From Candidatus Doudnabacteria bacterium RIFCSPHIGHO2_01_48_18 (GTDB lineage Bacteria > Patescibacteriota > Doudnabacteria > UBA920 > 2-01-FULL-46-14), in NCBI GenBank assembly GCA_001777515.1, contig MFEF01000003.1:53423-117422 (forward strand): DNA of 64,000 bases, read 5' to 3'. Numbering within the stretch: the stretch's first letter is position 1; every line of letters begins with the position of its first letter. The notes under the pieces are model-generated. The model searched no databases, was not told the DNA's origin, and saw only the letters and a list, made by a program, of their open reading frames with translations. Positions 18,091 to 26,281 of the stretch are shown piece after piece. Made by a program: the position numbers and the translations under genes.

Positions 18091-19530
18091 ATGAAACAAA
18101 GTGCAAAAGAACTCCTTGATCCGACAAATTTGGTTATATTTGGAGCGACCGGAGATCTGTCGCGGGGACGGCTCATCCCGGCACTGTACCGTCTGCACGA
18201 GAGGAAATTGTTGCCCCGGTCATTCCATATCATAGGATTCGCGCGCAGTGAATTTTCCCATGAAGAATTTCGCAGTCAGGTCAAAATTTCTTCCGAAGAA
18301 TGGCAGGCATTCGCAAAAAAAATCTTCTACTCACCGGGTAATTTCGGAAACGACCGTGATTTCACAAAACTCGCGAATTTTCTGACCAAGCTTGAATCAA
18401 AAAAACATAACTGCGCAAACCGTTTATTTTATTTCGCCACGCTACCGAGCCACTATCCCACGATTTCCCATGCCCTGGATAAATCAGGTCTGCTGAAGGG
18501 CTGCGCTATCCACAAAAGGCAGACCAGAGTTGTTTTGGAAAAGCCGTTTGGCGCAGATCTACCGTCCGCGCGCAAACTCGATAAAACCCTGAATAGCTAT
18601 TTTTCCGAAGACCAGATATACCGCATTGACCATTATCTTGGCAAAGAAACTGTGCAAAACCTTTTGACTGTCCGCTTTGCCAACAGTATTTTTGAACCGC
18701 TGTGGAACAAAAACTTCATTGATCATATTCAGATTTCGGCCCTGGAGGAGCGTGGCATCGACAGACGGGGCGCATTTTATGAACAGACCGGAGCAATACG
18801 CGATTTCATGCAAAACCATCTGATGCAGCTTTTGGCCCATATTGCCATGGAGCCGCCGCAGGATCTCTCCACGGAATCGATTCGGGACGAGCGAGCCAAA
18901 GTAATAAAAGCTATAAAAATGCCTACGGCCGCCGATCTCAAAGAAGCACTGGCGATCGGACAGTTTGAAGGGTACCGCAAAGAGCCAGATGTCCATCCTC
19001 GGTCGCGTACAGAGACCTATGCCGCAGTCAAACTATTTGTTGATAACGAACGCTGGATGGGTGTTCCCTTTTATTTGCGCACCGGGAAAAAACTTAAATC
19101 CAAATTTACCGAGGTTTCGATCCATTTCAAAAAAAGCTCGCCAGATATTTTCCAAATGAATTCGGAAATTCCCAATGTTCTTTCGTTTGAGATCCATCCG
19201 AACGAAGGAATTTTTTTGAATATCTCGGCCAAAGATCCCGGTTTTGGCATCAGGCTGCATCCAGTGACCATGGAACTTGGATATCATTCCGCTTTCCAAG
19301 GCGAGTTTCCCGAGGCTTATGAACGGTTGCTCCTCGATTTCATCGAAGGTGACCAGCGTTTGTTCACGCGGGGCGACGAGATTGAACATTCCTGGAAATA
19401 TATCGACGAAGTTGAAAAATATATCACTAAGACAATGCCCCGGGTTGAAATTTATAGACCTGGTAGCTGGGGACCGAATACCGCAGAACAATTAATGAAA
19501 AAGGATAAAAAACAATGGCACATCGCCTGA
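18091..19530 (+). CDS. zwf: Glucose-6-phosphate 1-dehydrogenase. The ORF track starts at TTG 18076; the ATG at 18091 is preferred and probably leaderless, behind TGTATAAT.
   Basis: NAD(P)-binding VIFGATGDLSRG; G6PD signature RIDHYLGKE. Confidence 0.9.
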   Translation: MKQSAKELLDPTNLVIFGATGDLSRGRLIPALYRLHERKLLPRSFHIIGFARSEFSHEEFRSQVKISSEEWQAFAKKIFYSPGNFGNDRDFTKLANFLTKLESKKHNCANRLFYFATLPSHYPTISHALDKSGLLKGCAIHKRQTRVVLEKPFGADLPSARKLDKTLNSYFSEDQIYRIDHYLGKETVQNLLTVRFANSIFEPLWNKNFIDHIQISALEERGIDRRGAFYEQTGAIRDFMQNHLMQLLAHIAMEPPQDLSTESIRDERAKVIKAIKMPTAADLKEALAIGQFEGYRKEPDVHPRSRTETYAAVKLFVDNERWMGVPFYLRTGKKLKSKFTEVSIHFKKSSPDIFQMNSEIPNVLSFEIHPNEGIFLNISAKDPGFGIRLHPVTMELGYHSAFQGEFPEAYERLLLDFIEGDQRLFTRGDEIEHSWKYIDEVEKYITKTMPRVEIYRPGSWGPNTAEQLMKKDKKQWHIA

Positions 19531-20450
19531 GCGTCGGCATACTCGGCCTCGGCCGCATGGGCGCGCAAATAGCCCGCAGACTGCACAAAAACAATATCAA
19601 TGTTATTGCCTGGAACCGGAGCCCCGGTCCCAGAGAAGAATTCTCCGCCATAGGCGGACTGACGGCCGAAAGCCCGACTGAATTGATAGAGAAGTTGTCG
19701 GCCGCCGGCAGCCCAAAGATTGTGTGGCTGATGCTCCCGGCAGGTGGCCTGGTTGATGAATTTCTATTCGGGCCGAAGGCCCTAAGCTTGTCGAAAGGCG
19801 ACGTTGTCATTGACGGCGGTAATTCTTTTTACCGCGATTCGCAGCGACGCGCCAAAAAACTGGCAGAGAACGGCATCCATTTCTTTGACAGCGGCACTTC
19901 TGGCGGAGTCTGGGGAGAGAAAAACGGCTTTTCTATCATGGTTGGCGGTCCAGCACCAGTTTTCCCTGTCATCGAACCGATTTTCAAAGTTCTCGCAGCA
20001 GGCAATGGCAACAGTTACGGTTTAGTTGGAAAAACTGGTGCTGGACATTTCGTGAAAATGGTCCACAACGCAATCGAGTACGGCATGATGGAAGCAATTG
20101 CTGAAGGCTTTGGAGTACTCAGGGCATCAGAGTTCAAAGACCTCGATTTCTCGCAGATCGCCCACATCTGGAGCAAAGGTTCAGTGGTGTCCTCCTGGCT
20201 CGTGGATCTGGCCAAAAATATTTTTGATACGGAAAACCTCGACAATGTCGTCGGCTATATCCATCACACGGGAGAAGGCAAATGGACTATCGATGAGGCA
20301 AAACGACTCGGCGTCAGCGTCCCAGTCATGGAAGATTCCTTCCGCGTTCGCATGGAATCGGAAAAGCCCGAAAATCAGGAAATTTTTTCCAACAAAATAG
20401 TTGCCTTGCTGCGAAAGCAGTTTGGCGGTCATGAAGTAAAATACAAATGA
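19515..20450 (+). CDS. gnd: 6-phosphogluconate dehydrogenase-like, short form (YqeC/Gnd-like, NAD(P)-binding)
   Basis: 311 aa with an N-terminal Rossmann fold ILGLGRMGAQIARRL; overlaps the zwf stop by 16 nt (operon). Confidence 0.8.
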   Translation: MAHRLSVGILGLGRMGAQIARRLHKNNINVIAWNRSPGPREEFSAIGGLTAESPTELIEKLSAAGSPKIVWLMLPAGGLVDEFLFGPKALSLSKGDVVIDGGNSFYRDSQRRAKKLAENGIHFFDSGTSGGVWGEKNGFSIMVGGPAPVFPVIEPIFKVLAAGNGNSYGLVGKTGAGHFVKMVHNAIEYGMMEAIAEGFGVLRASEFKDLDFSQIAHIWSKGSVVSSWLVDLAKNIFDTENLDNVVGYIHHTGEGKWTIDEAKRLGVSVPVMEDSFRVRMESEKPENQEIFSNKIVALLRKQFGGHEVKYK

Positions 20451-20479
20451 CTGACCATGAAAAATCCCAAATCTGACGC

Positions 20480-20585
20480 TTTATCCAGCACCTTCCAGAA
20501 TACCCCGCAGCTTGCTGCGGGGATGAATGGCTCAATATAGCCTTCCTGCGGGGTGCAATACCCCGACAGGAAGGTGCTGGATTTA
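20480..20585 (-). mobile_element. MITE-like element (copy 4, reverse orientation)
   Basis: Reverse complement is 100% identical to copies 1-3; flanked by TTTA/TAAA. Confidence 0.7.
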
Positions 20586-20752
20586 TTTTTCGATTATGGC
20601 TGTCAACGCCGTGGGGACTTTATTATATGTGGCGGCGCACAAATTGGCCCAGACGAACAAAAATTTATTTGACTTTTTGGCAGGTCTGACCTACTTTACT
20701 CCTTCTCCTCGTTCTACTCTTCCTAAAATTTTTCTGAATTAATTGGATCTAA

Positions 20753-21364
20753 CTATCTCCAAAGTACCGCACGAGCAGGGGACCCATCCCCTGCTTTGAT
20801 TTTGAGGGGGAGAACAGCGAGATTGTAACTGCCTGGCTTTATTTTGGACAAATCCAAACCTTCGACATTGACGATTCCGGCGGAAAGCAGGGTTTTATGA
20901 ACCGGGTGTCCTGGCGCGCTTTTGGCTTCTATCCCGAGATAATCCGTGCCGACCAAAGCGATTTTCTTTCGTGCCAAGTGCCTAGCGCCATCAAGCGACA
21001 AAGAAACGTAGTCAGCGGTAAATTTGCCTTTCTTGTAAAGCCCTGAGTTGCGGGTCTTAAACAGGATGCGCTCGCCTTTTTGAATTTTAAGTTTTTCTAG
21101 GTCACTGGAAGTAATCAGATTTTTCGCGTTTATTTCCACAATCCTTGCTGGTCCCACGAGTTTTGTCAGGGCGATTTTATCCACTCCTGATTTGTTAAAT
21201 AAAAAGTGCTTTGGCGCGTCAACATGCGTTCCAGTGTGCGTGGACATTATGAGCTGAGAAACAATCCCCGAACCTTTCTTTTCCAAACGGATGAATTTCG
21301 TGTCTCCCGGCCAGGGAAACGTCGAGTTATCGAGGCTCAGGCTAATATCAAAAAATTTCGGCAC
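20753..21364 (-). CDS. Cyclase-family protein (kynurenine formamidase-like)
   Basis: Metal-binding motif HTGTHVDAPKHF typical of the putative cyclase/arylformamidase family. Confidence 0.8.
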   Translation of the reverse strand: MPKFFDISLSLDNSTFPWPGDTKFIRLEKKGSGIVSQLIMSTHTGTHVDAPKHFLFNKSGVDKIALTKLVGPARIVEINAKNLITSSDLEKLKIQKGERILFKTRNSGLYKKGKFTADYVSLSLDGARHLARKKIALVGTDYLGIEAKSAPGHPVHKTLLSAGIVNVEGLDLSKIKPGSYNLAVLPLKIKAGDGSPARAVLWR

Positions 21365-21365
21365 T

Positions 21366-22142
21366 CTAGTGGCTTCCTTCCAGATAATATCTTAGCACAC
21401 CAACGGCGAAAATCCCCAAAACAATGAGAACAAACACGTGACTGGTTTTATCACGGCGGTGATACATGGAAATCTCGGGGATAAGGTCAGCCGCGGCAAT
21501 ATAGATAAAAATCCCCGAGGTTAGGGCCAATAGATATGGCAAGCGAGGCTCGAGATAGTTGCTGGCAAAAAAAGCGAGAAACGCCCCGGCAATATTGGAA
21601 AGTGAAGAAACGATATTCGCTATGAGAACCTTGGCTCTGCTCCAGCCGTGGTGCAGCATCACGGAAAAATCGCCAATCTCCTGGGGCAGTTCATGGGCGG
21701 CTACCGCAAGCGAGGTAACAATCCCGAGCGGCACATTGGTCAAGAACGCCCCGGCGATAACAACGCCATCGATGAAATTATGGAACGTATCGCCGATGAA
21801 CAGCAGTTTTGGCGTCGCGTGATGGTGAAACTCGTCCTCGTCTTCATGGTGATGCGGATGAAATTTCAGGATAAGGCTCTCGAGCAAGAAGAACCCGATC
21901 ATTCCCCCCATGACCACCATGAGCAAAGCCTCGAGCCCAACACCTCTCTCTTCGCCATGCTCAAAGGCTTCGGGGAGCAAATCCAAAAACGCGGTTGCGA
22001 GAAGAGCGCCCACCGCAAACGACACCAAATGCGTGGAAAATTTCCTGACCCATTCGGCCTTGATCAGCAGTATCGCTCCGCCAGCAAGCGAGAGAACGCC
22101 GGAAATCAAACAACCAAGCAGAATCCAAAATAAAATTGACAT
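21366..22142 (-). CDS. ZIP-family divalent metal transporter (ZupT-like)
   Basis: 8 TM helices, a His-rich loop HHHEDEDEFHHH, and the HELPQEIGDF motif. Confidence 0.85.
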   Translation of the reverse strand: MSILFWILLGCLISGVLSLAGGAILLIKAEWVRKFSTHLVSFAVGALLATAFLDLLPEAFEHGEERGVGLEALLMVVMGGMIGFFLLESLILKFHPHHHEDEDEFHHHATPKLLFIGDTFHNFIDGVVIAGAFLTNVPLGIVTSLAVAAHELPQEIGDFSVMLHHGWSRAKVLIANIVSSLSNIAGAFLAFFASNYLEPRLPYLLALTSGIFIYIAAADLIPEISMYHRRDKTSHVFVLIVLGIFAVGVLRYYLEGSH

Positions 22143-22145
22143 ATT

Positions 22146-23114
22146 TTAAGCTTTAGCTTTTTGTAAAAACAAACTCAATAGTAATTTAGGCGGTTCTTCT
22201 GAGCTTTTGAGGCGCAGATCAAGCGCGCGCAGATCTTTTAGCAAGGCAATTAATTTTTCCTTAGTGAATTTTTTTGCCAGCTTGCTGTTTATCCAGACTC
22301 TCCCCTCTTTCCAACCGAGAACGGAGGCGATTTTGGCCGGGCTTTCAGCCTCAATGTCTTTGACCAGAAGCAACGATCTTATCTGCGAAGCCAAACCGCC
22401 GATGATTTGTATGGTTTGCGACTTGAGATCAGCAGCCGGCCCCTCCGCCATCATTTTCTCCAAAAGACTCATCGCTTCCCTGCCTTTCCCCTCCGCGAAC
22501 ATGTTGGTCAACGCGAAAATGTTCTGAGAAATATTTGGCCTTACCAGTTCCTGAATATCTGCCGCAACGATCCGTTTTTCCCGGTCCTTTAGCAGCATCA
22601 ATTTTTCAAGATTCTGAGTAACCTGCCATAAATCATACAGGCTCTCCTGCTCAGCATTGCCGAGCCTTGTCATCAGCAGGCCCAGCGCGCTGCTTTCTAT
22701 TTCAAATCCAAAATCCGAAAGATAGTTTTTTATCCAAGCTTCCAGATCTTTGCCGGAAGGAATCTTGAACTCTGTGGCATTGGTTTCTTTTTGTAAAAAT
22801 TTGAAAAATTTCAGGCGTTTATCGGGATCCTCGCCCTCGGCAAAAATCAAGGTTACGTCAGCGGGAGGCGCTTTTACAACTCTGGCCAGATACTGCTCGC
22901 ATTCCGAGTAATCTTTTACGAGCTTCAAAAAATTTCTCACGATTACTGTTTTTTGCGTCGCAAACAAACTTTGTCCTGCCAGAAGGTCAGTGAAGCGGCT
23001 ACGCAAATCTTTATCAGATAAATCCTTGGTCGCGCTGAGGGTTTCTGCGCTGCCTTTTTTTTTCAGCTCTCTGGAGATTGAAAAATTGTCATCTCCATAA
23101 AAAAAATAAACCAT
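22146..23114 (-). CDS. holA: DNA polymerase III delta subunit
   Basis: 322 aa with a delta-subunit-like AAA+ lid and C-terminal helical domains. Start overlaps the upstream HTH gene's stop. Confidence 0.75.
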   Translation of the reverse strand: MVYFFYGDDNFSISRELKKKGSAETLSATKDLSDKDLRSRFTDLLAGQSLFATQKTVIVRNFLKLVKDYSECEQYLARVVKAPPADVTLIFAEGEDPDKRLKFFKFLQKETNATEFKIPSGKDLEAWIKNYLSDFGFEIESSALGLLMTRLGNAEQESLYDLWQVTQNLEKLMLLKDREKRIVAADIQELVRPNISQNIFALTNMFAEGKGREAMSLLEKMMAEGPAADLKSQTIQIIGGLASQIRSLLLVKDIEAESPAKIASVLGWKEGRVWINSKLAKKFTKEKLIALLKDLRALDLRLKSSEEPPKLLLSLFLQKAKA

Positions 23115-23341
23115 TAGAATAAAGTTTCGCCTTTCTGTTTTTTAGTCTGGACTTTGCCTGTGATAAGCCGGTTGAGATCTGATACGCGGACCTTCCATTC
23201 TTTGCCGATTTTGAAACCTGGCAGCCGTCCTTTTTTACACCATTCCCAAATAGTTTTTTCGCTCACCGCGAAAAACTTCGCCAACTCTCGCGTGCTATAT
23301 ATCTTTTCTCTCATACTTTTAAAGCTGTTACTCTGTTTCAA
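23114..23341 (-). CDS. Excisionase/MerR-family HTH DNA-binding protein (75 aa)
   Basis: Motif YSTRELAKFFAVSEKTIWEWCKKGRLPGFKIG (HTH_17/excisionase type). Immediately downstream of tRNA-Lys. Confidence 0.7.
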   Translation of the reverse strand: MKQSNSFKSMREKIYSTRELAKFFAVSEKTIWEWCKKGRLPGFKIGKEWKVRVSDLNRLITGKVQTKKQKGETLF

Positions 23342-23351
23342 ACCTCGGCCA

Positions 23352-23427
23352 TGGTGCCCTGTGCTGGATTCGAACCAGCGACCGTTTGCTTAAGAGGCAA
23401 CTGCTCTACCAACTGAGCTAACAGGGC
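23352..23427 (-). tRNA. tRNA-Lys (CTT), CCA encoded
   Basis: Manual fold: acceptor GCCCTGT/ACAGGGC, anticodon loop CTCTTAA, T-loop TTCGAAT. Confidence 0.9.
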
Positions 23428-23449
23428 TTGTCGCAGAAGGAACACAAAA

Positions 23450-23521
23450 TGCCCTTGGAGGGAATCGAACCCCCATTCCTAGTTCCGAAGACTAGTGCTC
23501 TATCCATTGAGCTACAAGGGC
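23450..23521 (-). tRNA. tRNA-Arg (TCG), no encoded CCA
   Basis: Manual fold: acceptor GCCCTTG/CAAGGGC, anticodon loop CTTCGGA (G37), T-loop TTCGATT. Confidence 0.85.
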
Positions 23522-23597
23522 TCACAACTGCCTGTCCGCAAGGCTTTAGCGAAGGCGGAAGCTAGGGCGCACAGGAATAGAAGCCTTAATATTATAA

Positions 23598-23628
23598 TGA
23601 AAAGCGCTCCGGTTTTCCAGAGCGCTTA
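23598..23628 (-). terminator. Putative terminator of the pilus operon (AAGCGCTC...GAGCGCTT hairpin)
   Basis: 7-8-bp stem overlapping the stop of 23626-23922, followed by a T-rich tract on the minus strand. Confidence 0.35.
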
Positions 23629-23922
23629 GAACTCGGCCAGCGGATCGTCCTTACCGCCTGTCAGGCTTTGGAGTTGATAGCCCGGCACTTGGTAAAGCTG
23701 GCTTTGATCCATAGAATCGCGAACTTTTTCAAATGCTTTAAAATTCAAAACCTGCGCCGAGGAGGTCCCTGTTGTATCAGATTTTTTTGTCACACTCAGA
23801 TACCCGTATTTATAAAGGGCAAACAGTTCCGCTAAAATCGCGATCACGGAAAGCGCAGACAGCACAATAGGAAGCGGCGGCGGTTTTATTCTTTTCAAAA
23901 ATCTAAATTTCGGCTTTTTCAT
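23626..23922 (-). CDS. Small membrane protein, last gene of the pilus operon
   Basis: 98 aa with an N-terminal TM helix; 4-bp overlap with the upstream gene. Confidence 0.45.
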   Translation of the reverse strand: MKKPKFRFLKRIKPPPLPIVLSALSVIAILAELFALYKYGYLSVTKKSDTTGTSSAQVLNFKAFEKVRDSMDQSQLYQVPGYQLQSLTGGKDDPLAEF

Positions 23923-24551
23923 GGTTTTTGAATAAATAACAATCCATCAACCTGGGTAAACGCGTTTCCAGTATTGCGCGTGTCCCCTCCCGGTTCAGAT
24001 GATTGCACGGATTCGGCGGCCAAGGATAGCTTCCCTACGCGGGTGATGAATGGCAGATTTTCCAAGTACAATAGGAAATTTACGGTTTGCCTGTAACTGC
24101 CGAAATAGTCGAGCTGATAGGGAATCTCTTCTGCGCCGGTTAACTCTTTTATAACAGCCTGTCTGGCAGGGGGTTTGCTGCTCGCGCTGACTGCGGCTTG
24201 TTCTTCATGGTCAGTCAGAACCAAAGTGTGGGAACCAGCTGATCTGGCAACAGCGCCTTCCAGGCCTTCAATCAAGGTCAACACGTTTTCCCGCTTGGAA
24301 AAAATTTCGGGCATGGTGTCGCTTCCGGTAAGCTTCTTGAGGTTTGCTTGCACCTCTTGGTAACTTTGTATCTCCGATCGCACCTGCGCTATCCGTTGTT
24401 GTTTCTGATCGATCTCAGATTTGATGCTGCTCACCGCATCAGTTTGCGGAAGCAAGCCGAAAAAGACGAGGAGCGCGGACGCGACGATGATAGCTCCTAT
24501 TGTGAGAGCTATCCGAGCTTGATGAAAGGAATTGAGAGGAGAAAGCGTCAT
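23919..24551 (-). CDS. PilO-like pilus assembly protein (bitopic, coiled coil)
   Basis: 210 aa with an N-terminal TM helix, a coiled coil and a C-terminal domain. Position after PilM-PilN is the canonical order. Confidence 0.5.
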   Translation of the reverse strand: MTLSPLNSFHQARIALTIGAIIVASALLVFFGLLPQTDAVSSIKSEIDQKQQRIAQVRSEIQSYQEVQANLKKLTGSDTMPEIFSKRENVLTLIEGLEGAVARSAGSHTLVLTDHEEQAAVSASSKPPARQAVIKELTGAEEIPYQLDYFGSYRQTVNFLLYLENLPFITRVGKLSLAAESVQSSEPGGDTRNTGNAFTQVDGLLFIQKP

Positions 24552-24552
24552 G

Positions 24553-25095
24553 CTATTTCACAAAAAATCTATACTGCCAAGCCACATTGCTTGGTTTTTC
24601 CAGATTAGCTAAAGGAAAATTTATATTTTTGAAACGCTCGGAGGCAATGAGCGCTTGCCTAAACGATAAAACTGAATTGCGGTTTGAGGCACGACCAGCG
24701 ATCTCGATCCTGCCAGTTGATTGATCTACCGTAAGACGATCCAGCGTGAGATCGGCAGGCATTTTCTGAGCGATCTCTGTCAGTATCCCAGACAGCTTTC
24801 CCTGTTTCTTTTCTAATATTTCAAAATTTGCCAGCTCCGCGTTGAACCGCTCTACCTCTTTGCGAAACGCTGAAGTCTCAAGGCTGTTCAGCAATCCAGT
24901 CTCCCTGGCCAGTTCTTCCCGGGTTTGCTTCACCTCGATGTTCAGATAAAACCTAATCGCCAAAAAAATAGCTATTAACACCGCGAGAGAAATCAGCAGT
25001 CTAATCCCAAAATCACGAATCTGCTGATTGACCTGCATGATTCGCAGTTCCTGCTGTTCAACTGGAGGCAGTAAATTTATGTACCTTTTGATCAT
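24553..25095 (-). CDS. pilN: Type IV pilus assembly protein PilN
   Basis: N-terminal INLLP motif then a TM helix; 180 aa. Confidence 0.7.
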   Translation of the reverse strand: MIKRYINLLPPVEQQELRIMQVNQQIRDFGIRLLISLAVLIAIFLAIRFYLNIEVKQTREELARETGLLNSLETSAFRKEVERFNAELANFEILEKKQGKLSGILTEIAQKMPADLTLDRLTVDQSTGRIEIAGRASNRNSVLSFRQALIASERFKNINFPLANLEKPSNVAWQYRFFVK

Positions 25096-26240
25096 CTATC
25101 TTCCTCCCGAAGCGCTAGGCCAATGGCTGTTGCGTATGAAAGTGAATCTTCGCGAGACAATGGTGGAACCTGCCGCTTTTTCAAAACCTTGACCCACGGG
25201 TTGCCAAGCTCAACTTTTATTCCAGGCAGTGAGCGTAATGGATGATCGCCCCCGGTGTCTTGAGCGAGCTTTTCTGCCAAAAACGATGGCAAATGTTTTA
25301 GCTTGCTTGATCCTCCGGACAGTAGAATCCGCGACACTTTACTAGTCGCGGTAGAATGTTCCTCATAGAATCGGATGATATTTTTAACCTCTGATACGAG
25401 ATTGTTGAAAACAGGAGACAGAGCCCGCTTGACCGCCCCATTGTCCTTACTTTCGTCCAATCCGTTTTTCCTTTTTATTTTTTCCGCCTCGTCCGAATTT
25501 ATGCCTAGAGCTTTCGCAACACTTTCCGTGAACACGTTTCCGGCAATCGGGATGGAGCTGGTGAATTGCAGCGTGTCCTCATCATAAACAATAAAGCTCG
25601 TACGCAGGGTGTTGATGTCCAAAATGAGTACTGTTTCTTCCAGCCTGGAAACCAGGCTGCGCGCCGTGGCCTGCGATTCGATTTCAAGGGCGATCGGCTG
25701 CAGCTGCGCTTCCTTTAAAATGCGGGTAAAATCGTCAACATAATCTTTTGGAGCGGCCGTGATCAGCACGGTCATTTTATCCTGCTGACCAAGAGCTCCA
25801 GGAACAGAGTGCGAAGGTAAAACCACCCAATCGAGATATACCTGTCCGATTGGCATTGGAATATAGGCCTCTGCTTCCCATGGGATAGCTTCCTTTGCTT
25901 CATCCATTGAAACCGCAGGCATCTGGATAACTCGCACGAAACATTTTGTTTCAGGAATAGACGCGACAACATAAGGCGTTGTCACCTTGCCGAACTTCGG
26001 CATGGAGATCGCTTTTTTGATGAGCCGAGTCAGCCCTTTGGGATCTTTTATCGAATCAGCTGAGATAAGCTCCTTGGGTATGATTTCGTCGGAATACGCC
26101 TGCACGCGAAAATTACTCTGATTTTTTTCAAATTCGAAAAGTTTCAAAGACACATCGCTGATGTCCAAACCCAAAGCATTTTTCTTTTTGCCGCCAAAAC
26201 TAAACATCAATTTATTTTTGCTGTTTATTTCAAAAATCAA
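25092..26240 (-). CDS. pilM: Type IV pilus assembly ATPase-like protein PilM (actin-like)
   Basis: ALGLDISDVSLKL N-terminus and actin/FtsA-like fold signatures; 382 aa. Confidence 0.8.
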   Translation of the reverse strand: MIFEINSKNKLMFSFGGKKKNALGLDISDVSLKLFEFEKNQSNFRVQAYSDEIIPKELISADSIKDPKGLTRLIKKAISMPKFGKVTTPYVVASIPETKCFVRVIQMPAVSMDEAKEAIPWEAEAYIPMPIGQVYLDWVVLPSHSVPGALGQQDKMTVLITAAPKDYVDDFTRILKEAQLQPIALEIESQATARSLVSRLEETVLILDINTLRTSFIVYDEDTLQFTSSIPIAGNVFTESVAKALGINSDEAEKIKRKNGLDESKDNGAVKRALSPVFNNLVSEVKNIIRFYEEHSTATSKVSRILLSGGSSKLKHLPSFLAEKLAQDTGGDHPLRSLPGIKVELGNPWVKVLKKRQVPPLSREDSLSYATAIGLALREEDR

Positions 26241-26281
26241 ACTTCAGTGACTAATATTATAGCACAAATTCATTTTTTTGT

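Noticed and set aside
6903-20535. ORF-track entries 6936-7241(-), 6903-7211(+), 8805-9197(-), 15588-15926(-), 15717-15938(+) and 20326-20535(-), all containing the identical peptide ...QHLPEYPAACCGDEWLNIAFLRGAIPRQEGAGF...
   Set aside because: They are read-through translations of the four identical MITE-like repeat copies, not a paralogous protein family. The frames open and close arbitrarily in the flanks.
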